IMG/VR virus record: IMGVR_UViG_3300026189_000003
Location: 32,001-96,000 of that record
DNA from: a virus
Length of the DNA stretch: 64,000 nt
Strand: one strand, 5' to 3'
Position numbers and translations under genes: made by a program. Below the pieces are notes generated by a model that was given only the letters and a program-made list of their open reading frames with translations, was not told the DNA's origin and ran no database searches. Shown in pieces: positions 1 through 11,300 of the stretch (position 1 is its first letter; the number at the start of each line of letters is the position of its first letter).

Positions 1-1
1 C

Positions 2-130
2 GGTATCTGTAATTAGTGTTACATGATTATTTTTCATGTGCTTCTTAATTAAACAGGCATTGGCCAAAGCAATCTTACCATAATCAATGCTACGGTTATT
101 GTGGGAAAATATTAAATTTCCTCTGCTCAT
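2..130 (-). CDS. 5' part of a CDS running off the window (MSRGNLIFSHNNRSIDYGKIALANACLIKKHMKNNHVTLITDT...), possibly glycosyltransferase-like
   Basis: Manual translation; ATG at 130 lies 2 nt after the stop of the upstream ORF; frame open to the window edge; beta-alpha-beta start ending 'LITD' resembles GT-A fold N-termini (inference). Confidence 0.55.
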   Translation of the reverse strand, partial: MSRGNLIFSHNNRSIDYGKIALANACLIKKHMKNNHVTLITDT

Positions 131-132
131 TT

Positions 133-480
133 TTATTCTACCAGTTTACTAACTTTTCTTTTTGTGCTTAATTCTTGATATTGTCTATGATAATCATTTA
201 CTGATTCCATCCATCTAGTAGTAATATCTTCATAGAACTGTTGTAGATTTTCAATATCAATGGGTGTTTGATTTGCATCTAGGATAACCATTGCTTGTTT
301 ATCCTCTTTTAAAAAGTTGCCAACAAAAGCAATTAATGTTTGGTCAATCCTAAATAATCCACCATTATATGCAAAGTTTAATCTTGCTTCACATCTTTCT
401 TTTAATTGTTTTTGTTGCACAGATAGAGTTGATCTGTAATTAGCGAACTCTAGTGCTTTTTCTAGTCTTATGTCGGTCAT
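133..480 (-). CDS. Hypothetical phage protein
   Basis: ORF; ATG at 480 (MTDIRLEK) is preceded by GGAGG and a sigma70-like promoter. Confidence 0.7.
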   Translation of the reverse strand: MTDIRLEKALEFANYRSTLSVQQKQLKERCEARLNFAYNGGLFRIDQTLIAFVGNFLKEDKQAMVILDANQTPIDIENLQQFYEDITTRWMESVNDYHRQYQELSTKRKVSKLVE

Positions 481-505
481 AAAAAAACCCTCCAATGTTA
501 TAGTT

Positions 506-534
506 AATATAACATCAAAGGGTTAATTTGTCAA
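506..534 (-). promoter_or_regulatory. Sigma70-type promoter TTGACA-N17-TATATT
   Basis: Direct match on the minus strand upstream of 133..480. Confidence 0.65.
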
Positions 535-556
535 TTAATTAATTAATCAATTAATC

Positions 557-1462
557 TTATAAGTTTGTCGTAGTAGCAAATGATGGTGAAGCTACTTGTA
601 CAGCTGAGGCATTATCTGCCTTATCAAACGTAATAGTTGATGATAAAGTACCATCTACTGAGTCTGATCCTGTGTAAGCCTGACCTTCATTTGGTGCATT
701 ACCTAAACCACCACCTGTAAAAGTACCAGTTTCTGCAACGTGATCATCATTGAAATCAACTTCCATTGTAATCACTGCACCTGACATTTTAGCATTGATG
801 TTTACGTCATTAGCTGAATAATCACCTGAACCAACAGCTGAGTTGAAAATTGCTTGATCTGAACCAGTCAAGTTTTCAAAGCCTACTGACCCTGATGAAC
901 CTGAGGCTGTGTTAGCAAAAGTAACTGTACCTACACCTGACAATAAGTTTGTCCATGATGTATTTTGGTCTGTTGATGAACCACCTGATCTACTAAAAGC
1001 AAACTTGATTTTTCCACCTGAGTTGAAAAAGAATCTAGCCGCGTTTGCAGAAGCAAATGTTACTGTGAAAATATGGTTAACATTACTAGTCCATGCACTT
1101 GTTCTTGATGAAGAAGTACCTGCTTGTCCTGTTGACATATTGGCGCCAGCCGCGTTTGCTTTGTTTGTTGTGATTGCTGTGATATCAGCTTCTAAATTTG
1201 ATAATGGTAATATGTTACCACCTGTTGAAACTGTGTTTGATGCGTTTGTTACGCTTGTCCCTTGGTGAGTAGCCGCTTTCTGTAGTCCCGATAATAATGA
1301 ATTCCATTGTGCCGCTGATATTGTATCACCTGCGGAAATCGATGTAATCTCTGTTAAACCGTAACCAGACGTACCACTCCCTGTTCCGATGACAGCGTTG
1401 ACATTTGTTGCGAACGTGTTATAGTCCGATGCTGTAATCGTATCTCCTTGTGTATAAGCCAT
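557..1462 (-). CDS. Virion structural protein (tail/baseplate-associated, S/T/G-rich)
   Basis: 301 aa, beta-rich S/T/G composition, repeated 'GDTI.A' N-terminal motif, located in the tail operon. Confidence 0.65.
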   Translation of the reverse strand: MAYTQGDTITASDYNTFATNVNAVIGTGSGTSGYGLTEITSISAGDTISAAQWNSLLSGLQKAATHQGTSVTNASNTVSTGGNILPLSNLEADITAITTNKANAAGANMSTGQAGTSSSRTSAWTSNVNHIFTVTFASANAARFFFNSGGKIKFAFSRSGGSSTDQNTSWTNLLSGVGTVTFANTASGSSGSVGFENLTGSDQAIFNSAVGSGDYSANDVNINAKMSGAVITMEVDFNDDHVAETGTFTGGGLGNAPNEGQAYTGSDSVDGTLSSTITFDKADNASAVQVASPSFATTTNL

Positions 1463-1463
1463 G

Positions 1464-2768
1464 TTATTTTACTCCTATTGCAATAGTTATTTTTTCGACT
1501 TCTTGTGAAGTTTTATCGACTAAAGCCCGACCAAAAGTCGCTTTCCAGTCATCGTTTTGATTAGCTTTAACAGCCACGCCTGGAACGTCACTGCTGACTA
1601 ATCTATCTCCTTTTGTCACTGGGCCTTTGACTTTACAGTCGACCCTTCCAGAAAAAGCTACAAAAGGATGTGTAGCATCATCTCCTGCTCCATCGTTCAT
1701 TCTAAACGCCGGTTTGTTTGAGATAACACCAAATACTTTTTCATCTGCCCTCTCGGCAGTCTTTGTTATTTCTTCAGCACCACCTAGTGCAACAACTGTA
1801 CCGTAGTCCATTGCCGTATCAGCCGCAAATCTTTCAGCTATGTCGGCGTATTGAGCCGAAGTTGATAGACCGTAAATTGTTGCGTACCTTAAAGTACTTG
1901 AACCTAAGTTAATTGAAGCATTTGACGTAGGCTTTAAGTCACCTGCGTGTGATTGTGCTGTAGTTTTTGTTAAAATCATTATCTTACTTGAATCATAAGT
2001 TGTTGCTGGAGAACTAATATCTCTTATAGCATCTGTTTTTTCTGATAATGGTGCAGTTGCACTAGCATCTAAGAAACCATCTCTAATGTTTACACCTGCT
2101 TGTACTGATTGTGTACCAGCACCTGCTGTTGTAACACTAAAGTTGTTATAGATATCATATTCTAGTGATGCTGAATTTGATAAGTTGGCAGTAGCAGATG
2201 AAATGTTAAATGCGGCCGGTGAATAAACACATAGTACTTGTTCAGCACCTGCGGCGTTTTTACCAATAATTGCAGTTACAGTAACTTCTGTATCTGAATT
2301 AGATGTGTAACCATTTTTTCTTGCTGTTGTGGCCCAACTGTTGTCCGCAGTTTTCAAAACAACTGTTGCTTGTCTTGAATTGTCTGCTGACATGGCTGTT
2401 GATGCCCATGCACTGCCTGAGTATATTTTTAAAGTGTTAGCATTTGTTGTATCTAACCAAATTGTACCTGCTGTAGGTGAACTTGGTGCACTATTTCCAA
2501 CTGATGGAGTTAGTCTGTCCCATGCTGTACTGTCATATACTTTTAAAATTGATTCTGATGTATCATACCATAACTGTCCTGTTAATGGTGATGATGGGTT
2601 CGATGTATTTGCTTGATTTTCTAGTAGTCTTACGAAATCCTCAGCAATTAGCTCACCGTAACCTGTATAGTTTTTTCCGATCAGTGTTAATCCACCTACA
2701 ACTGATGTTGTACCAGGAGTAACTGTGGTGACCACTGATCCTCTTGTGTTATTAATCGTGTAACTCAT
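1464..2768 (-). CDS. Tail fibre-like virion protein with a C-terminal chaperone-like domain
   Basis: N-terminal 'LIGKNYTGYGE..AE' and 'GQLWYD' motifs; C-terminal 'TSAQYADIAE...KGDRLVSS' domain shared with 45796..48273. Confidence 0.7.
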   Translation of the reverse strand: MSYTINNTRGSVVTTVTPGTTSVVGGLTLIGKNYTGYGELIAEDFVRLLENQANTSNPSSPLTGQLWYDTSESILKVYDSTAWDRLTPSVGNSAPSSPTAGTIWLDTTNANTLKIYSGSAWASTAMSADNSRQATVVLKTADNSWATTARKNGYTSNSDTEVTVTAIIGKNAAGAEQVLCVYSPAAFNISSATANLSNSASLEYDIYNNFSVTTAGAGTQSVQAGVNIRDGFLDASATAPLSEKTDAIRDISSPATTYDSSKIMILTKTTAQSHAGDLKPTSNASINLGSSTLRYATIYGLSTSAQYADIAERFAADTAMDYGTVVALGGAEEITKTAERADEKVFGVISNKPAFRMNDGAGDDATHPFVAFSGRVDCKVKGPVTKGDRLVSSDVPGVAVKANQNDDWKATFGRALVDKTSQEVEKITIAIGVK

Positions 2769-2837
2769 ATGTGGTTGCTCCTTGCGTATTTATATATTTT
2801 ACTTTATATACTACTATTTTGGTATTAAAATCAGTCA

Positions 2838-3488
2838 TTATTGCATCTGTATCCTAATAGTGTATACTATTTCTATTTGTCTATTTGTACTCTTCTGTAC
2901 CGGGTGAAAAATAACGTGCGACAACAATAAACTATTTGTGATATCTAATGTGCCTGACGCTGTATCTTGGTAATATGCATATAAACCAAGTTCGTCAAAA
3001 ACATAGTTAGTATCAGTGGTAGCATTGTCGTTCGCATCTTGCCCTGATGGTTCACCAAAATCTAAAGTACAAGTTACTTTTACGTCAGTATAAGCACCTG
3101 TTGAGCTCACGATTTCAATGTTATTATTAGCATCTCCAAGAGCAACTGAACTAGATGATCCTGGTTTTGCTACAACTTTGTTATAAGTTCTGTTATATAA
3201 ATCAGCTGAATTATCTTTGCTTGATCCAGTATTTGTTGTTTTATACTTGATAGCACCTGTTGATAATACATCAGAACCCCCATTACCAAATCCCATATGG
3301 TAGATACCTGAATCATTCAATGTATGATGACTCAAAGCAGAAGCTATGACAAAAGCCATATTGCCAAAATGTATAGCATTCTTTTTATCTACTAGTACTT
3401 CGCCTGTTTTCTTGTCAGTGATTAACACATGACCTTCCATATGGACGTTTCCTGTATCGTTTGGTTTGTTATTTTGTTTTGTTGTCAT
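2838..3488 (-). CDS. Baseplate/tail-fibre attachment structural protein
   Basis: 'VFDELGL' and 'HVIFHPVQKS.NR.IEIVYTIRI' motifs typical of myovirus baseplate-associated proteins; gene context. Confidence 0.6.
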   Translation of the reverse strand: MTTKQNNKPNDTGNVHMEGHVLITDKKTGEVLVDKKNAIHFGNMAFVIASALSHHTLNDSGIYHMGFGNGGSDVLSTGAIKYKTTNTGSSKDNSADLYNRTYNKVVAKPGSSSSVALGDANNNIEIVSSTGAYTDVKVTCTLDFGEPSGQDANDNATTDTNYVFDELGLYAYYQDTASGTLDITNSLLLSHVIFHPVQKSTNRQIEIVYTIRIQMQ

Positions 3489-3553
3489 TTTAGTTATAAT
3501 ACCTTATATTATATTTATTGTCAAGTTAAACATGGGTTTTATAATTCTTATCC

Positions 3554-5299
3554 TTATGTTACAGTCGCATTCTGACGAGCTAATAGCACCCAACCAGTAG
3601 ATTGATAAAGAAGTTGAACTGTATCTTCAACATTGTTGAATACTATATTTGTTCCATTTACAAAGTTAGTTGGAGTAACAGTACCGTTACCACCATTCAC
3701 TTTCATTGAAATTATTTTAAGTTGTCCTTCTACACCATCTGCCAATGTATAAGCATCTGTGCCCGTTGTTGTTAATAATGTGACTGTTTCTGTTAAACTT
3801 ATTGCACCTGGACCACTAATATTTTGCACACCATAAACTAGGCCATTGCTTTTTAGAGTTCCTGGAACATCTACTGCACCTGACTTGTCAATAGTAAGTT
3901 GTGTGTTTATTGATCCTGCGTTAGTTCCTTTTACAATAAACTTACTTGAATTGTCTGCTCCATCTCTTACAAAACCTACGTAACCTAAACTTTGTGAGCT
4001 AGAACTATCAGTTAGTTTAAAGTCAACTACCGGACCAAAGTTATCACTTGATGCGGCTGAACTTTTAGCTTCAAGAACTATTGCTGAGTAATCAGTATTG
4101 ACAGCACTTGAAACAGTTCTTTGGAATCTTGCTACTGAACCATAAGTTGCAACATTTGCCTTCATTGGTCCACCTACATCAAATTGTGTATCAACTGTCA
4201 GTGTTCCAATTGTTGCGTTTGTAGAACCAAATGTGGTTATACCAGTAATATTTTTAGCATTACCTGTTATGTTAGTTGCTAAAGTGCTTTTGGCAAAAAC
4301 ATTAGTACTGTCGGTAAAAGTTGTTAGCGGAATAGTTGTTGCTAGTTCTGTTGTTCCAATTGAACCAGCTGTGATTGGTGTTGCTGAATTGACCCAAGCA
4401 CTACCGTTCCATTTTAAAACTTGATTGGCGGCCGCTGACGTAATTGTTACATCACTTAATTGACCAACTGTGTTTGAACTAATATCAGTTGAGTTGGTGT
4501 CTGAAGCTACTACCCAAGCACTACCATTATATTTCAAAATTGAATTAGTTGCTACTCCTGATGTGTTAACATCTGATAATGTATTAATTGATGAAGCGGC
4601 AATTCTAGTATCTGCTCTAGCATCTGCCCTTGCATTTGTAAAATATAAATTTGAACCTTCTGATAACGCACCTGTGTTATGATTAGAAAGACTCGATACT
4701 GTACCTGTTACTGCACCTGTAAGCCCTGCTACTACGGTGTTAACAGTAAGTACACCTGCGGCAGTCAATGTTAATGTTTCAGAGGCTGAGCCGGCGCTAT
4801 AAGTGTTAATACTAAATTTTCCTGTTGAATCGGCACCATCTCTTTTAAAACCTAAATATCCTAATTCTCCTGTAGCACCATCATCTTCAATTTGAAAACT
4901 AATTGATGATCCAAAGTTATCTCCCATGTTAGTAGATGATTGTCTTTTAGATTTAACTCTTAATGACGAATACATATCGTCACCAGTTAAACCAGTTCTA
5001 ACTAAAATAGTTGAATTAGTAAGGTTAGCATGATTTACTGTAAGAACTCCTGCTGGAGTACTTGTACCTACGGCAACATTTCCTAAATTTGAAATTGTAA
5101 AAGTGTTTGCATTTAGATTAGCGGCTAATGGATTTTTGTATGCACTAGTTTGAACTGCGTCAGCTAATTCTAAAAAGTTTAAGTCTATCTCTTCATGTGT
5201 TAATGGAGAAGCTTTAATTGATATAGATGAGTCAACATTAGCCTTAAGATTACTTACGGAAGTTGTTGTTGCTCTCAGTTTTATATTCGATATTGCCAT
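3554..5299 (-). CDS. Tail fibre-like structural protein
   Basis: 581 aa S/T/G-rich; internal duplicated module (DNFG...GYLGFKRDGADS / GYVGFVRDGADN); 'LSDV...LKWNG.AWV' fibre repeats. Confidence 0.7.
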   Translation of the reverse strand: MAISNIKLRATTTSVSNLKANVDSSISIKASPLTHEEIDLNFLELADAVQTSAYKNPLAANLNANTFTISNLGNVAVGTSTPAGVLTVNHANLTNSTILVRTGLTGDDMYSSLRVKSKRQSSTNMGDNFGSSISFQIEDDGATGELGYLGFKRDGADSTGKFSINTYSAGSASETLTLTAAGVLTVNTVVAGLTGAVTGTVSSLSNHNTGALSEGSNLYFTNARADARADTRIAASSINTLSDVNTSGVATNSILKYNGSAWVVASDTNSTDISSNTVGQLSDVTITSAAANQVLKWNGSAWVNSATPITAGSIGTTELATTIPLTTFTDSTNVFAKSTLATNITGNAKNITGITTFGSTNATIGTLTVDTQFDVGGPMKANVATYGSVARFQRTVSSAVNTDYSAIVLEAKSSAASSDNFGPVVDFKLTDSSSSQSLGYVGFVRDGADNSSKFIVKGTNAGSINTQLTIDKSGAVDVPGTLKSNGLVYGVQNISGPGAISLTETVTLLTTTGTDAYTLADGVEGQLKIISMKVNGGNGTVTPTNFVNGTNIVFNNVEDTVQLLYQSTGWVLLARQNATVT

Positions 5300-5331
5300 A
5301 TTAATATTTAATCCTTAAATTATGTACATAT

Positions 5332-8300
5332 TTATTCTTCACTAAAGTATCCTGTGGTTATACCTGCTTGATTATCTACATATCCAGGCTCAGTATATGT
5401 TGTATTGTACAGTTTGAAGTTACTATTTCCACCTGCTCTGATGAATATTGCTTGTTCTGTAGGATCTAGCGATGCTTTATCCCATAATGCGTCTGTGCCA
5501 TCCCAAGCTACAGCGTCCCAAGTTGCCTGTACAGTCTTATCAATCATCTGCGATCCAGCTGGGTCAAATGCACTCCATCTAGCTGTTTGTGTAGCATTTG
5601 GAATATCATGTTGATCGTTTGCTGAGTTTATTCTATCATTTGCTGTATGACTTTGAATTGGAGTATTGTGTACACCTCTTCTAAGTTTGCTTAATCTATT
5701 TCCACTAACTTTTCTAAATTCAATTAGTTCTTGATTGATCCAAATGTATCCTGGATTATTATCATTAACTGTACCAGTTACAGTAGCTGGTATTGTACCA
5801 ATTGTTTGACTGTTATCATCTGGATCTTTAACAGAAAGTTCTGCGTATAGTGTTGATGCATCAGCAACATCTATATAAGTTACAGTTGCATCAATGTTTG
5901 ATGATAAAGTTGTTTCAGCAACTTTAGGTAATCTTTTGAATTCAGTATGACCACTGCCACTGTAGAAAATTCTAAATGTGTATTGATCACCATAACCATA
6001 TGTTTCAGTTACGTTGCCATCACCGTCGATGTCAGCAACATCTTTAGCTGTACGTTCAGCTGTAGTTACGGTCAAGGTTAAATTTTCTTTCATACTTGTT
6101 GGAACAAGTTCTTCCGGATTGTCTTCATGTTGAGGTCTTACAAATCCTGCGGCATCAAATTTTGTTGTAATTAATGACCATTTATTATTTGCATAGTCTG
6201 TTGCAAAAGTTCCTGACGTATGATTTTCACTTGTCACATAAACTAAATCTTTTATGTAATCCCATTTACTAAAATCAAATGATGAAACATCAACTGCATT
6301 ATGTTTAACATTACATCTATAAACTAATCCTTGATGTTTAACATAAGCACCTACATCGTAATTGTTACTCACACTCCAAGCGGTAAAGTGTGTCAAGTCA
6401 TCATTTTTTACAATAGTATTACTTGAAATTTGTGATGCATTATTCATTGTAATATCTTTAGTATATGCTGTTCCTGTTTGCCAATTTTTGGCACTTTCAA
6501 ATAAAGTATTGTAGAATATTTGTTGAACATCTGAATCCCAATCAAGTGATTGATCAAAACCAGTTATATCTAAACCTAATAATGAAACTAGTTCACTGTC
6601 AGTAAGTTTATCAAAACCAAATGGGAATCCTTCTAGTTCTAAATCTTTGTATGGTGCAATTACTTTTTTCAACGTAGCCATAAAAACTTTTACGGCGTTG
6701 TCATCATTAGTATCTAACGCGGCAAGTTCTGTTGAGAAGAAATATTTTGCAATTCTTTCAACTGCATTATCTTTAGCTTGTAAGTCACCTTGTCTACCAT
6801 CTTGTGCAATATCTTTGACCGTTCTCTTCTTTTTCAATTCAGCTAGTTGTTGTCCATCTGTGCCTGAGCTCAATAATTCTACATTCTCACTTACTCTGTC
6901 AAACACAACTGAAGATGATATTGTAAAGCTGTCTTCGGCATCAACATTAGCAGATTCTAGAACTGGTTGTTTTTTACTTAGATAGTTTACTAATTTACTT
7001 GAATATGGTTTGGCTTCATTTACATAATCTTTTACAAAGTCAAAAGTATCTGGTGTGTAACTTGCTAACTGTGTCAATGATGCATCATCTTGTACAACGT
7101 CGAAGTAAGAAGTCTTAATTACCCAATCAATATTTTCTTGTTCTGCAAAAATATAGTTGATCATTGCAAACAACAATTCGTTACTGTTTACTCTATTGGT
7201 TCCTGCAAATACGTAATCGTATAATTGTTTCATTAAGTTTCTTGTATCTGCGGAAACATCATCGTTTGTATAAAATTTTGTATTAAGTTTGAATGTACTT
7301 GTTTGGTTAGCAATTCTTACTAGTTCTTTCTTTTCTGAACTACTATCTCCACTGCCTTCGCCACCTTCTGATTGAGAACCAACTGAATAACTGCCACCAC
7401 CTTCGCCACCGCTGTATCCTGAGCCTGGTGAAACTGTTGCGTCACTGCTTGATACTGTTGATGAAGTAGATACTGGAGCATTACCTGATACAATTTCACT
7501 TCTAGGACCGTAAATGTAAATTGCCCATTTATTATTGTAATCTGTATTAACTTTGATTACTTCAAAGTCTGATAATGTTGATGTGTCTATTTCAGAGTAG
7601 GTATCAACTGTTCTATTAACAACAATTGCATTACTGTATCCTGATAGATAATAATCTGATTTATCGTAAATTGGACTGTTATTAAATCCACTTTCCCATT
7701 CTGGATAATCTACGTCCATGTTAATTGTTGATACTAAATCGTTAAGTTTGAAAGCAAAATGTCTTCTTGCTTCTTTAACATCTTTAAACCAAGTTTGTCT
7801 AGGTCTTATACTACTACCATATCTGTTTAATGGACCTAATGTGGTTGTATCTGGCACTGATAAATTATTTGCATCTTTTCCACTTAAACTATCAGTAAAT
7901 TTATTCCATATTCTTTTATCAACTGGTGTACTTGGATCGTTTTCTTTTATCATTAACCATTGCTTGTGAGATGGCTTGTCAACATTCATTATTTTATAAT
8001 TTAATGTAAACAAACTATCATCAGTAATTGATCTTGTACTGTTAGCAACTATTAAACTATTTCTATCAACAGGTGCATACCAGTTCAATCCAAATGCTGT
8101 TGGATCTTTTATAATTCTTGCAATTGATGTTGTTGAATATAATCTCCAATCGTAATCTGGTACAGTTGTTTTATCTTTGACCCAGAAATAATATTTTGTA
8201 GTTTGAAAATTCTGTTTATCTGTTGTTGTAATTGCAGTGTAGTTTGTAGTTGATACTGGTGTTCCATCTCCCACGTAACTTGCTGGTGCATTTGAACTTT

Positions 8301-11300
8301 CAGTCCATTCGTAAATGTCTATTGTTGAACCAGGAAATAGTTTACTCCAATATTTTTGTTTGTATTCTAAATCATAGTTTTCATATTCAAAGTATTTTAA
8401 TGTTGATGTGTTCCACCAAGTTTGACCTACTTGTTCTATTCCCCATGGTTCTTGATTAGTTACAAAAGAACTATCAGCATGATTAGTATAAACAGCAGGA
8501 TCAACTAATCTTTTGAACACTATTTCTTTCTCTGCTATTGCAGGAATTAAATTCTTAACTGGATCATATAAGCTAAATTCTGTTTCTCTATTGTAGTCAC
8601 CTAAATCAGAAATTTTAGATTTGTAAAATAAAGTACTATCAATTTGTGATTTACCTTTGTTAGTTCTTACTGTTCCATCAAATAATGTTTGTGATAAGTT
8701 AGCAGTATCTGTGTAGTCTATATCTGAATTAATAATCCAATACTTTCCACTAATTGTTATAGCTGAATTTACGTTGGCATTTGATGCCAAATTATCATAA
8801 GCTGTTTTTACTGATGCGTTCGAAGTTAATTTTAAATTATACCAATATGAATCACCGCCGTTATCTATCCAAATTTGATCTCCGTCTGTAAATGTAATTG
8901 CCGCACAAACATTTGATACAAAATGATTAACAGTAGCACCCAGATTGGCTTTTTTATCTGCTTGATCAATGCCATTATTTCTTGTCGCTAATCTCACATC
9001 TTTGTAAACATATATAGGATGTGGATTACTTGATAGGTATGTACTGTTTACAGCCGAAGCATTTGTACTAGTACCATCTGTGTCTAAAACATTATAAGTT
9101 GCTTTTTTATAGTTAACTGTGACTGTTGCATTTCCTGTTGTTGCATTAGTTCCATGGAACCTGACTTTCACAGCAGTATTTGATCTATCAGTGATGTTAC
9201 TTGCTAGTGAAGTTATTACCACGTTACCTGACAACGCTTGGTTCGATTTAAATGCATCTGGATTTGCACTAGTACCAACATCTAGTTGTGGTGCTGTTCC
9301 ATCCCATGCTTCATTAATTGTAATTGACACATTACTAATTGAATCACATTTTAATAAGTTGTCAGCAAACGTGACTGTTTTGTTATCACCGTTTGAAATT
9401 GTATCTTGCACAGTAATTGTAATATCTGCGTTTGGCGTAAATTCTTTTCTATATCCGTAACCTGGATTTTGCGAGAATGCACTTGTAATAACACCAGCTG
9501 AATGTTCTACTGCACCTGACCCTACACCTACGCTACCCGAAACTAAGAATGTTGGACTAACATATCCAGTACCACCGTTGTTTACTATGTAACTTAATAT
9601 ACCACCAAATGTAGTATCTCCTGAAGCTGAGGTGCTTCTAGCTGTTACTGTTGTTGATCCTGTTGTAACGGCACCACTAGTGGCACCTGTGAATGTGTGT
9701 GATACTGATGGTGTGCTGGTATTGTTATGTATATGTAATACAACTTGGCCACCTGTTTTCTTAAATGCGTTTGTAACTATAGCTGATCCACCGGACCAAT
9801 TAACAGTTTCTCCTACTGCGAAGTTGACTGCTGTGTTTTGTAAAGTAGAGTTAATTTCAAATGTAGGATTGTTACCTTTTAAATTAATAACTGCACCTGA
9901 TCCTGATGAAGGTGAACCACCTGTGTTAATTACTATGTCAGCCGGCTCGGCATAAAATCCGCCGCCGCCTTTAACAAAAGTAATTCCAGTAATACCACCC
10001 GAACCGTCAATAGATGATACTGTTCCTGATGCACCTGTACCTCCTGAACCACTTACAGTTATTGTGTCACCAACTGAATAACCAGAGCCGGCAGTAGTAA
10101 TAACAAATCCTGCCACTTGGTCAGCTAATGAGTCAACAACAATTTCTGCATTTGCACCACCAAAGTCTCCAAATGTAATAGTTTTAGAAATACTTTGATC
10201 GCTTAATTGTAATTGTAATTTTTTACTACCATGTGTTGTTGTAATTACAGAAGCATTACTTCCATCTAATTCATTTGGTAGTACATAATCAACAGTAGCA
10301 TTTGCAGTGGTGGCTAGTTTACCAGTTGACTCGTTCAATGTTACAGTCAATGGACTATTGCTTACAACACTATCTAATGTTTGTGTAATTGTAGAAAGTC
10401 TATATACGTTCCAATCTAAATTTGTATCTTTTGCTACCCAATAAGTTGAACCTAAAGAAATAGATGTGCTAACATTATTTTGATAATGACTTAATAAGTT
10501 TGCTTTGTCAAATACTTGATATGTAGTGTCATTTGCGTGAACATATCCAGCAGTTGGCATTTCAAAAGTTTCAGTTCTACTTGTGAATAAATTTGCTGTA
10601 GTTTTATCGCCCTTTGGTTTCTTAACCCAAGTATCATTGTCGTCTGCATCTATGGTAATAATATTATCAAATAAATTATCAGTTGTTATAGTTCCATCTT
10701 GCTTTGGTAGGAATGTAATTAATTGAGGATTAGCTTTTACTTTGTTACTGTCAATTTTAAATTCAATAGATTGATTAACATCGCTTCCGCCAAACTCACC
10801 TACTTTAAATGCATAATATTCATACATATTAAAGTTTTGGTTTTGAGTAACTTTAGTACTTCTTGTAATTTTATCTATTGCATTTTTAGTACCTTTTTGT
10901 CTTATAAATCCTTGATAGAATTTTGTTTGATTGTCATCAACAATTTCTAAATTATCTAAATATGTTCTGTTCTGATAACCAATTGTATGTAATCCTGCTG
11001 AGTTTAAATTTTCATTATTAACTGACTTATCAACATCTAAATAGTTTTCCATTTCATTTGTAGTAGTTTCAAAGTTACTAACAAGACCTTTTGTACTGTC
11101 GATCAAATAACCATTAGCTTCTAATTTACCCGACCAGTCATTAGTACGTAACAATGTCTGTTTAATTCTAGGTTGTCTAATTGACAATGTTGGATTATAG
11201 ATTGTGTCTAAGAAAGTTGTTTCGTTATCAAATATTGTGATATGTTCTATTTCTCTTACATATAAGTTTACAAAGTATATTGGTTCTCTGTTATCTTGTG

